From: Botryllus schlosseri
Taxonomy: Eukaryota
DNA length: 64,000 nt
Assembly (NCBI GenBank): GCA_051294905.1
Contig: CM119372.1
Coordinates: 31,188,001-31,252,000 of the forward strand
Reading direction: 5' to 3'
Numbering within the stretch: the stretch's first letter is position 1; each line of letters begins with the position of its first letter. Under the pieces are notes generated by a model. The model had not been told where the DNA came from, made no database searches, and was given only the letters and a program-made list of their open reading frames with translations. Positions 53,323 through 63,172 of this stretch are shown in pieces. The translations under genes and the position numbers were made by a program.

Positions 53323-53676
53323 TCACAAGTGACAAACGACACGAATGAATTTTCTTCTTACCCAGTCAATTATCAATGTACTGTAGTGAGTATTCAAGAT
53401 GTCTGTTGCTAAATCTCTGTACACCGCTAGGGTACGTATGTCACTTTTCATCGCCGCAGTGCTTATGACACTAAAAACCCCATTCCAATCGACTCCGTAT
53501 GATCGAATCTAGTTAACCAATGCGGTAAAATCACACTTTCGAACACGGCTCACGTTTTGTCCATGTACATAGAAATCTAGTACTCCGTGGATGAATTTTT
53601 CCGTTTCGCTCAATGTGGGGGTTGTCAAGTTATGATAGTAGAGAAGGTAATTCTCAATAATCGCGCTAGTTGCCAT
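53323..53676 (-). pseudogene. Bcl-2-like protein (117 codons) with one in-frame stop; absent from the ORF track
   Basis: MATSAIIENYLLYYHNL...FTALVN*IRSYGVDWNGVFSVISTAA...LATDILNTHYSTLIIDWVRRKF; BH4-, BH1- and BH2-like segments in the right order. TAG at 53511-53509. Confidence 0.55.
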
Positions 53677-54048
53677 AACGAGTATATGTAACTATCAACT
53701 GAAAAAGTAAACCATGAGAATGACACCACAATGTGTTAAAATGGTGAAATACACCGCTCAGATTTCGAAAAAACAGATGTTGGCGGGTGCGTTTGACATG
53801 TGTGACACAATAAAATCGCCCGTTTCGCTAAACAGGAAATTCACTAAAGCGCAGTGCGCTGTGCGATTTTGAAAAACCAGATATCTGCGGCCGCGTTTTG
53901 ATCTGTGACACACTAAATACGTCCGGTTCTGAAAGTTGGAAACGCGATCGGTTCTGGGGATTACGCAGTGCGTGCGCGACCTATATTTCGAATGATCTGC
54001 GCGCCGAATTATTTTCCATCCAACCGCGTGCTACTATCGAATTAAATC

Positions 54049-54056
54049 TATAAATA
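54049..54056 (+). promoter_or_regulatory. TATA box upstream of the terminal-protein gene
   Basis: TATAAATAGCCA, 82 nt before ATG 54138; an identical 12-mer occurs at 60294. Confidence 0.65.
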
Positions 54057-54137
54057 GCCAACACCACGATCAGATTGTTATACTTCGCTGTCGCAGACAT
54101 AAACATTGGTTGGAGCAGTTAGATTAATTATTGTACA

Positions 54138-54843
54138 ATGGCCGAGGCTCAGATAGATAATCTTGATAAATTTGGTTATGAACCAAATGCATTTGAATCG
54201 CAATTTGAAGAGAATGCGGATATCTTTGATGCGATTAATTCTGGTGATCTGATGACGTCTGATTTAAGAGTTGAAGCCACAGAACGCAACTCTACGACAA
54301 CGATCGAAATGCAACCAAACCACGCAGATATAGCGCGTCAGGTGGGGCTGAAGTCTGTGAGTCGACGCAGACGGAGTCATGTTCGCGAGGAAGAAGACAC
54401 ACCACCAGAGACAGGCGACCAATACCAAGAAGTTGTATCCCAGAACTGGTAAGTGATAAAATCATATGTAGTGAATCAGAGTCGGCGCGTGTATAATATC
54501 CGAGTCATCGATCGTGAGATACCGGATGTTTTCCGCGATATCCAAGCGATATTTTTCTCAGAGTCGACTCGTTTCAAAGTGAATTTTGCGTATGGAATCA
54601 TTTTACATAACATCGCGGCTGGGAGATTTCGGTATTTTCATGCGTCGGCGAACATCGATAGCGTATTAGAAGTCCCAGCAGCGATTACATCACTAGCTGA
54701 ATGATGAATTTGTTGAATCTTTAACGTTGGAAACGGCACTAGATGTGTTACAAGACTCTCGACCAGATACAAAATACAGGGCAGTCTGTCTGGCTAATGT
54801 ACAGTTTTACGTATACCCCACTGACGGTTTGTTGATTGGTTGA
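54138..54843 (+). pseudogene. Terminal-protein-like region (N-terminal module of Polinton pPolB) as a separate gene, with a stop at 54450 and a frameshift at ~54702
   Basis: SQNW*VIKSY...YNIR...FKVNFAYGIILHN...FRYFHASAN..., then in +1 frame DEFVESL...SRPDTKYRAVCLANVQFYVYPTDGLLIG*. These motifs are typical of the segment preceding the vOTU domain in Polinton PolBs. Confidence 0.7.
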
Positions 54844-55499
54844 GCTGATATCGAAATACGATGCCGATGTGTCTTTTCATGATCTCAATCATTTTCATAG
54901 CGACCCAAGAAAATAATCCTGTCATTGAATTTTATTGAGATGTACTTGTATATATTGTGTGTGTGGTGTTATTGGGGTTTAATTGTACATTATGTTTGTT
55001 TAATATGATTTTTTTTGTATTGTGTGTTAATGTATCATTTGTTTTCCAGGTGGATAACATTATTTCATATCTCAAGTCGGTTATGTCATTAGATTTATAT
55101 AGTTTACATATAGAGATCACATTGACACAGGGATTAAGGGTTTAATAGGTAAGTTATTCGGTGCGAATACTTTGATTTATGAATATAATTTGTTATTTAT
55201 TTATCCACCAGACAAAACAAGCGTGGGATTAAAGAATTGAAACGGTGAGTTATTACTGTGTAGAACTATTGAGCATGATGTAATGATTTTGTTGTTGAAC
55301 AGACAGAGCAAGCTCAAGTGGGATTCACAAGTCTACTGGTGAGTTATCTGTTATATTACTATGTTAGCGACATAGTTTGACGTGTTACTTGTTTAGTATA
55401 AAGATCCAAGGAAGATACCGAAAAAGAAACCCCATTGTAAGTAACAGTAGTTTAATATTCCCAAGTGTTGAATGTAGCCACGCGGTATCAATTTTACAG

Positions 55500-58400
55500 A
55501 TGACTCGACACCTTTGGAATCATGAAGAACACGCACCGCCAGAGATCGATAACCAAAAGCAACAAATTACATCTCAGATCTGGCAAGCGGTGAAATCGTA
55601 TGTAGTAAACAGTAGCCACGTGCGCAATACTAGCGTCAGCAATCGTAAGCGGTCGGATGTTTTCTAAGATACCCAATCGGTCTATCTGATCAACCCCCAG
55701 TTATTTGTATATCCTACCGATGGTTTGTTGATCGGTTGTGTCGGTATTAAACTCCCGATATGGCTTGCGAGAGCGAGATGTATCATGACATTTACACGCC
55801 GAAAGAATAATACTAAATACAAGGACAATCTGTGTGCTTTTCGCTGTATTGGTCACACGCTAGGTAAAGACACCAAAGCAATGGCCCAACAATTCACTTC
55901 GACATATGGTGTAAATGCAGAATCTGGCGTGACACTTGACATGCTGGATAATATTGAGGATTTGTTTAATGTCGCCATCTTCGTGTATACTAAGACTGAG
56001 GGTAAAGCTGTCGCACTCCGTCGTAGTACGTTTGAAGCGAAACCTGTGTACTTACATTTAGAAAATGCACACTTCTGTCTCATTACTGACATGAGGCGAT
56101 ATATGGAGAGCTATCGATGTGATGTTTGTCAAAGATTTTTTTATGAGCAGCACGAATTGACCAGACACAAATGTACAACAGAGCCTGTTGAAGTGTTTCC
56201 CGGTGGCGTATATACACCTCCTCTGGCCATATTTGAAAAGCTTGATCTAGAAGGGATGTTTGTTCCTCACCAGCTTCGTTATTTCAAATACCGTATCGCG
56301 TTTGATATTGAGAGCATGTTCGAGAAGTGTGATATTCCAGATTCCTCCAAAACTTCGTGGGAGTGCAAACATATTCCCATTTCTGTTAGCATATCTTCTA
56401 ATGTGGAAGGGTTCTTGGAACCGTATGTAATTGTCTCGAACGGTGACCCAAACGACTTGTGTGCGGAAATGGTTGATCATTTTCATGATATTCAAAGTGA
56501 GTCATTTAGGTTGTTACAGATGGAATATCAACACTACTTGGACATGCTCGAAACTAAAATTGCCGAAATGAAAGCACTCGATCCTTCCGAGAAAAAAATA
56601 CCACTTGAACGTTTACAGGAGGAGTTTATGCGATATTTAAAACAAATCCCTGTTTTGTCGTTCAATGGTGGTCGGTATGACTTGAACTGTCTCAAAGAGT
56701 ACTTGATGGGTTTACTCGTTGACGAAAATGTGAGTGTATTGAAACGGGGTAACAACTTCCTCTCTTTGACAACCAACAGACTTAAACTTTTGGACATTGT
56801 AAATTACTTGGCACCCGGGTTCTCGTACGATGCTTATTTGAAAGCCTTCAAATGTAGCGCCGCTAAAGGTCATTTTCCGTATGAGTTTCTGACTAGTTTG
56901 GAAAAGCTGGATTATACGAGTCTACCTAGCCACGATGAGTTTTACAGCTCGCTAAAAGGTCGTAATATATCCACAGCTGAATATGAAAACTGTTTGAAGG
57001 TTTGGAATGATAACAAAATGACCACTTTACGTGATTATCTCAAATGGTACAACGCAATCGATACTCATTACTTCATTGAGGGGTTAGAAAAACAATTTCA
57101 ATCTTTCAAAAGTCAATTCAGTGTGGATATATTCAAAGAAGCTGTCTCCCTACCCGGGGTTGTATCGAGGCATCTTTTCAATAGCATTCCGCGTGATTTC
57201 ACCTTGTTCAATGATAAACACCAAGATCTGGTTTCGCTATTCAGAGACAATTTAGTAGGCGGACCGTCGGTCATTTTCCATCGATATCAAAAACAGGGTG
57301 AAACTCGAATCAAAGAAGTTTTTTATAAGGAAAACGCACAGATTACCCAACATGTAACAGGGCTGGACAGCAATTCGTTATACTTTTTTGCTTTGAGTGA
57401 ACCTAGTCCAACCGGTTTCCCGGTACATTGGCAACCACTCGATGCTGAGTGTACTAAATTCAAACCGGTGAAGACCGCACCGAAATGGGGGGAGACAGCA
57501 GCTCAATGGCTAAACTGGTATTCGTATACCCACAATGTACATGTCCACCATGCTTTTAATGGACCTGAAATCCGCGTAGGAGCTCGTAATTACCCTGCTG
57601 ATGGGTTCTATCGTAATTCAGCTGGTCAAGGGGTAATCTTGTCTTTTCTTGGATGTCATTTCCATGCACATCAGTGCAGATTTGGCTGTGATGATTTGGA
57701 ACGTCGAGAACGGACTAAACGTGTTCATGATTATTACAAAAGCCTCAATTACCAAGTCATATGTAAATGGGAATGCGACTGGCGCACGGAGAAACAGGAA
57801 AATCCTGATATTGTGCGATATCTTAATGGTATTCAACCACAATTGACTCGAGCCAAGTCTGTCACCGCACAAAAATTGATGGAGATGGTAATGACTGGTA
57901 CATTCTTCGGATGTTTATCAGTTGATATTTTTACGCCAAAACATTTACAAAGGAAGTTTGTTGAACTATGTCCTATATTCAAAAATACGATGGTGTCTCG
58001 CGAGCATTTGACAGGTCACATGAAACAGTTCGCTATTGATCGTAAATTACTCCCCAAACCCACGCGCATGTTGGTTGCTTCATACTGGGGCAAGAAAATC
58101 TTGTTGACCTCCGACTTGATCAAGTGGTATGTAGAGCATGGGTTGATTATATCCAAAATTCATGAGGCGGTCGAATTCACAAAAAAGACCTGTTTTGACA
58201 GCTTTGCGAAAAATGTCTCAGACTGTCGACGTGCTGGGGACCGCGACCCCAGCCTAGAGATCATTGCCCTAACGCAAAAATTAGCTGGAAATAGCAGTTA
58301 TGGCCGCGTCTTGATGAACCCACGTAAATTCAAACGAACGTCCTACTGTGATAAAAGCGAATTGGGCACCAATGCGAAGGATCGTTTTTTCGTGAAATGT

Positions 58401-59092
58401 GACGAATTGAACGCTGATCTATTTGAAATAACGAAGCGACCTAAAACGATCAAGTGGGGTAACTGTATTCAAGTGGGATTTTGGGTGTATAACAATGCTA
58501 AGCTCAAGATGTTGTCGTTTTTTTATGACTGCTTGTGTAAATATTTCCGTGACGAGTGCTTCATGCTATTAATGATGGCCACAGACTCCCTCTATCTTTT
58601 GCATTCAGCCTCATTCGACGATATTCTTATCCCTGAGAAAAGAGATGAATTTTATCTTGAATACGAGAACTGGTTTCCACGCTATTTTTGTGATGAGCAC
58701 CGAACTGAGTTTTTGGCTGACCCGGTTTCTTTTGATCGCTCGAGGCAGTGTTGCAAAGATGCGTATGCGTATTACCTTCGTCAACCGGGTTTGATGAAAG
58801 TGGAGTATGAAGGTGGTACATCTTTCTGCGGTCTCCAATCCAAAAATTACTTTTGCGATGGACCAAAGAAAAAATTAGCTTCCAAAGGGCTCCAGAAATC
58901 CAATCAAATTGACTTCGAAAATTTTCTGGGTGTCTTGACATCTAAGGAAGCTACGGGGGGAGTGAACAAGGGGTTTCGGTGCAGAGATGGGGTGTCTATA
59001 CGTACAAACAACAGCGTAAAACATTGTCCTATTTCTACGCCAAACGTCGAGTGCTCGAGGATGGTGTGTCAACCCTACCATTAAATGTGTAA
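55500..59092 (+). pseudogene. polB: Protein-primed family B DNA polymerase (vOTU-like protease, Zn finger, exonuclease, polymerase with VSR-like nuclease insertion); near-intact but with lesions
   Basis: DNLCAF...ENAHF (vOTU Cys/His); ExoI FDIES, ExoII FNGGRYD, ExoIII YNAID; motif A DSNSLY, motif B KLAGNSSYG, motif C MATDS. In-frame TAA at 55665. A frameshift in the G-run at 58989-58992 hides the canonical end YTYKQQRKTLSYFYAKRRVLEDGVSTLPLNV* (stop 59090-59092). Confidence 0.93.
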
Positions 59093-59689
59093 TTGTGTGT
59101 TATTGTATTTTATTTGTATATTCTGTGTGTTTGATTTACTTGTTTATTACTTGTTTATATGTTTGATTTACTTGTGTGTGGTAACGTGTCATTTGTTTTC
59201 CAGATTGATAACGCTATCTAAAGCCTGTCATGTCATTAGATTTATACACTTTACATGTAGAGATGATTACCTTGGAGTGGGAATTACCACAGTTCATGAT
59301 TCTTGACTCTACCAACAACTCGCAACACCGATGATACCCGATTGATGAAAAGCAGACCACCAAAACTTGTGCTCCGTGGTGAGGTCTATAGTTTGTTATA
59401 GAAACACTATATTTTAAAGCGTTATGACCGTATTATGAATCCTCTTATGTGATTTATTATTTTACAGCTTGGGGTCAGCTGCTTGACGACCTGAAGCGTT
59501 CGTAACACTACAACTTCCATTGACGATGAGGAACAGATGAAGATTTCATAACCCGTGGAAAATTGTTAAATCGAACTCTACTGGGATTATATATTCCACT
59601 AGAACAAGATGACTACAACAGTGGATATTCCCAACCTTGTTGATATATAAACACATACACTTTATCGAGTTTTCAATAAACAACAAACA

Positions 59690-60298
59690 ATGGAATTGAT
59701 CCACCCATTCGCGTGTATTGTGAGTGGTCCTTCAAGAAGTGGGAAGACTACTTTTGTTGCAAAGCTGATTAGGCATGCCGCATCCATGATTAAACCAAGT
59801 GTATCCAGGGTCGTATATTGTTACAATAATTATCAGGAGGTTTTCAAGACGATGCATAATGTAGAATTCCACGCTGGTCTAGATATTTTAGAAGAGTTGA
59901 AGGTTTGCTCTGAAGACACCTTGATTATAGTGGATGATTTCATGACTGAGACAGCGAAAATTGCAGACTACTTTACAAGATTTTCTCATCATTCAGCCAA
60001 GACAATTTGTTACGTCACACAGAACCTGTACCACAAGGGTAAAGGGGCACGTGACTTGAGTCTTTCAAGCTCGTATATGGTGATTTTCAAGAATCCGCGC
60101 GACCAACAGCAGATCAGTTTTCTTGGTCGACAAATGTATCCAAACTCTAGATTTTTAACAGAGGCTTATCGTGACGCTGCTAGGCAACCTCATAGTTATT
60201 TATTCCTCGATCTCACGCAAGAAGCGCCTGAAAATCGACGAGTTATGACCAATATATTTCCTGGTGAAACCATGGTGGTTTATAGCCCGATGGTATAA
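59690..60298 (+). CDS. A32/FtsK-like DNA packaging ATPase
   Basis: Walker A GPSRSGKT, Walker B LIIVDD, and TQNLY / FKNPRD / YLFLDL motifs typical of Polinton ATPases. TATATAAA at 59644-59651. Confidence 0.95.
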   Translation: MELIHPFACIVSGPSRSGKTTFVAKLIRHAASMIKPSVSRVVYCYNNYQEVFKTMHNVEFHAGLDILEELKVCSEDTLIIVDDFMTETAKIADYFTRFSHHSAKTICYVTQNLYHKGKGARDLSLSSSYMVIFKNPRDQQQISFLGRQMYPNSRFLTEAYRDAARQPHSYLFLDLTQEAPENRRVMTNIFPGETMVVYSPMV

Positions 60299-60331
60299 AT
60301 AGCCAAGCGCAGAGACGACTTTAAACTCAAA

Positions 60332-60679
60332 ATGACCAAGGTACCAGCTCGGACACGGCGGCATATACCCACACTAGAGTTCCTACATAAAAGTAAACCC
60401 GAGATACGCAAGCAAATTATATCGGGGGCCAGCAAAGAATTGATCGAGTGTATATGCGATTGTACAAAGAACATTTTATACGGTAACATCCCTCTTTCAA
60501 AGTATAAAAGAAAGCGACTATCAGCTCATAAATGTAGTTTACGTCGACTTCTCAGGAAAGACATCCCTATTCGACATAAAAAACGTATGGTTAACCAGAA
60601 TGGTGGTATGTTTATGACTCTATTATCAAGCATCCTACCCGTCGTCACTGGCTTACTCGGTAATCTTTTCAAAAAATGA
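60332..60679 (+). CDS. Conserved small basic Polinton protein with a C-terminal amphipathic helix after a GG site (putative core / membrane-active virion protein)
   Basis: K/R-rich body, NILYGNIPL motif, QNGG-MFMTLLSSILPVVTGLLGNLFKK tail; usual position between ATPase and integrase. Confidence 0.8.
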   Translation: MTKVPARTRRHIPTLEFLHKSKPEIRKQIISGASKELIECICDCTKNILYGNIPLSKYKRKRLSAHKCSLRRLLRKDIPIRHKKRMVNQNGGMFMTLLSSILPVVTGLLGNLFKK

Positions 60680-61080
60680 CTTCTTTCAAAAAAATCTTCA
60701 TAACTCCGAACCCGATCAACGAGGTTGAAGCTCAGAAATTGAATTTGGATATCGATAAATGTATGAGCGACATATTACAGATGAACATACCCCAAGAACG
60801 AAAATTAGCCTTATATAACGACGCACTAAATCGTTATCAAACAAAACACGACACATTGAATCAACCGATGAAAATCGATATATCAGAACAAAGGAATCTA
60901 TTTTCGGCTAGTGAGTTGGACGCACTGCGACGCCTGATCAAGGGTGAACCATCAAGGATTCCTAAACCTCACTCACCATCACCGAGTAGCCAACGAAGCA
61001 AAGTAAAGACCCAACATGCCAAGACGAAAAGTGGTCGTACACCCAAGACCCCGAGACGATACGGATGGGAGCCATACTAA
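60676..61080 (+). CDS. Polinton hypothetical protein (helical N-terminus, basic P/S/K-rich tail)
   Basis: ATGA overlap with the upstream gene; LDxxMxDIL...KLALYNDALNRY segment; overlaps the integrase start. Confidence 0.75.
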   Translation: MTSFKKIFITPNPINEVEAQKLNLDIDKCMSDILQMNIPQERKLALYNDALNRYQTKHDTLNQPMKIDISEQRNLFSASELDALRRLIKGEPSRIPKPHSPSPSSQRSKVKTQHAKTKSGRTPKTPRRYGWEPY

Positions 61081-62086
61081 ATATTTCACGCCAGGGCTAC
61101 CTGGTAGTTTCCGCGGCGCATACGTATTCTCTAGAGGGCGGAATAGAACCAAAGTCAAGGAGTTTCTTTCGAGCAAGGACGCGTACACAAAACATTTTCC
61201 CTATCGAAAGAAATTTAAGAGACCTAGGGTGATTACGTCCGGTCTCGGTGTTCAGTATCAAACCGATCTCATGCATATGCAAAATCTTTCAAAAGAAAAC
61301 GATAATTTTAAATATGTGTTGGTGACGATCGATTGTTTCAGTCGATTTTTATATCTGTATCCACTCAAGAACAAAACCTCGCAAGGTATTATTCGCGGAT
61401 TCAAGGAAATATTTAAGGATCGTATACCTCATGTTATTCAAAGTGATCAAGGTTCTGAGTTTACTAATCGTGCGTTTCAGACTTTCTTAAAAGAGAACAA
61501 TGTGCGACATTTTCATACAAATAGTGAACTGAAAGCATCGATATGCGAGCGTGTTATTCGTACTGTGAAGCAAGTGTTATACCGTTATTTCACGCATAAT
61601 AAGACTTTGAATTATGTCAGTGTCCTGTCTGAGATATGCCGGGGGTATAACACTACTTTTCACGTGGCTATAGGGTGTCCTCCAGCGGATGTTAATTATT
61701 CGAATCAAGAACAAATTTTCCATAGGTTATACGGTGACATGACCCCTAAAAAACCCAAACTAACTATCGGCACACCCGTCAGGATTTCGAAATCACGTGG
61801 TAATTTTGTAAAAAGCGCCTTGGCGAGTTGGACCGAAGAAATCTTTTTCGTATCTCAATGTCGTAAAGGTGACCCTCCTACTTATCAATTGAAAGACTAC
61901 CATGGTGAAGTTATAGACGGTCGCTTTCAGCGTGAAGAGTTACAACCAATAACTAAAAATAATAATATTTACAATATCGAAAAAATCCTGTCTACTCGCA
62001 GGAAAGGAAAGAAAACGCAATATCTTGTAAAATGGTTTGGTTATCCGTCTAAATTTAATTCTTGGGTCTCGGATTTGTATAAATAG
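61016..62086 (+). CDS. int: Retroviral-type (rve) DDE integrase with C-terminal chromodomain
   Basis: YQTDL / IQSDQGSEF / ASICER catalytic triad; YNIEKIL...YLVKWFGYPSKFNSWV chromodomain; uninterrupted. Confidence 0.96.
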   Translation: MPRRKVVVHPRPRDDTDGSHTKYFTPGLPGSFRGAYVFSRGRNRTKVKEFLSSKDAYTKHFPYRKKFKRPRVITSGLGVQYQTDLMHMQNLSKENDNFKYVLVTIDCFSRFLYLYPLKNKTSQGIIRGFKEIFKDRIPHVIQSDQGSEFTNRAFQTFLKENNVRHFHTNSELKASICERVIRTVKQVLYRYFTHNKTLNYVSVLSEICRGYNTTFHVAIGCPPADVNYSNQEQIFHRLYGDMTPKKPKLTIGTPVRISKSRGNFVKSALASWTEEIFFVSQCRKGDPPTYQLKDYHGEVIDGRFQREELQPITKNNNIYNIEKILSTRRKGKKTQYLVKWFGYPSKFNSWVSDLYK

Positions 62087-62095
62087 ACACCGAAA

Positions 62096-63172
62096 ATGTT
62101 GTTCAACCTAATTATGGATTCTGATTCCGTCTCATCTCGCATGTGTCAAGTCTCGAACAGTCTGAAAAACCAGATTGTGTTTATTGTACAGATTTGTATG
62201 TTAGTGTGTGTAATCGTGTTTTCATTATATCAAATTTCTGTCGGGGTGGATCGTGAGATATATTTAACGCTACTGTCTTCTTCACTTGGGTATCTATTAC
62301 CGAATCCATCACCAATCGTATATGTTGAAAGAAACAATAAAATGTTGTTGACTCTACCTTCGAATGCGAGTTTGGATAAATTTCCGAATACTAGCACAGA
62401 TTTTCAAACGGAACTTTACAAAGAATTAGAAATGAATCGCCATGAGCTAGGATTATGTGAGCTAACCTTCCCCAATGATTTTCAACCGCGAATTGAAGTG
62501 ACAGCGAAAAGTATCGGTTTTGAATTTGTCGATGCGAATGGATACACCGATCGGTATTATATTCCCGAAGGCTCGTATTACAGCATCGGTGAAATGTTAG
62601 AATCGTACGAGAAATATTACATGGGGGACATTTTCATTTTACAAGGATTCGGAGACTTTAGAATCACATTCAGAAGATTAGTCACGAGTAAAAAAAGATA
62701 CAAGCGGGGTGTACCCATAAATACCGATACCGCAGACTCTAGCGTCAAACACATACCCCGTACCACGCATGATTCACCCGAACCTTACGGATTGATACCA
62801 CTTGGTTCTGTGTTGGATACAATAACATTTAGACGCGTTGTATCTCGTCGTCGCGGAGTGGTAGAATTTATCTTTACACCCGCGATAAAGTTGGAACGGA
62901 TTGATAAGGTTTATGTGTATTGTGATCTGATACAACCAAGACCACACGGTAACAAGCTGCAACAACTTTTACGGGTGGTTACTGTAACCGCTAAACCGAA
63001 TGAAAACCAAATCAACATATTCTCAAAACCATACTTCTTTGCTTTAGCGAGAAACAATTTTAGAACAATACGAATTTATCTACGTGATGCGGCAGGCAAC
63101 CCTATTAAATTTCGAAAAGCACCAGTGACAGTAACCCTACGCTTCCGTCGTAGAGCTGTTGATTCAATATGA
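62096..63172 (+). CDS. Small transmembrane module fused in frame to minor capsid protein (penton) 1; penton Met at 62342
   Basis: Hydrophobic IVFIVQICMLVCVIVFSLYQI...LLSSSLGYLLPNP, then MLLTLPSNAS...ELGLCELTFP...VYVYCDLI...LLRVV...IRIYLRDAAGNPIKF...VTLRFRR (Polinton penton motifs). Confidence 0.85.
   Translation: MLFNLIMDSDSVSSRMCQVSNSLKNQIVFIVQICMLVCVIVFSLYQISVGVDREIYLTLLSSSLGYLLPNPSPIVYVERNNKMLLTLPSNASLDKFPNTSTDFQTELYKELEMNRHELGLCELTFPNDFQPRIEVTAKSIGFEFVDANGYTDRYYIPEGSYYSIGEMLESYEKYYMGDIFILQGFGDFRITFRRLVTSKKRYKRGVPINTDTADSSVKHIPRTTHDSPEPYGLIPLGSVLDTITFRRVVSRRRGVVEFIFTPAIKLERIDKVYVYCDLIQPRPHGNKLQQLLRVVTVTAKPNENQINIFSKPYFFALARNNFRTIRIYLRDAAGNPIKFRKAPVTVTLRFRRRAVDSI

Noticed and set aside
55853..59081. 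Several minus-strand ORFs within polB
   Set aside because: Antisense shadows of a long coding sequence; no motifs.
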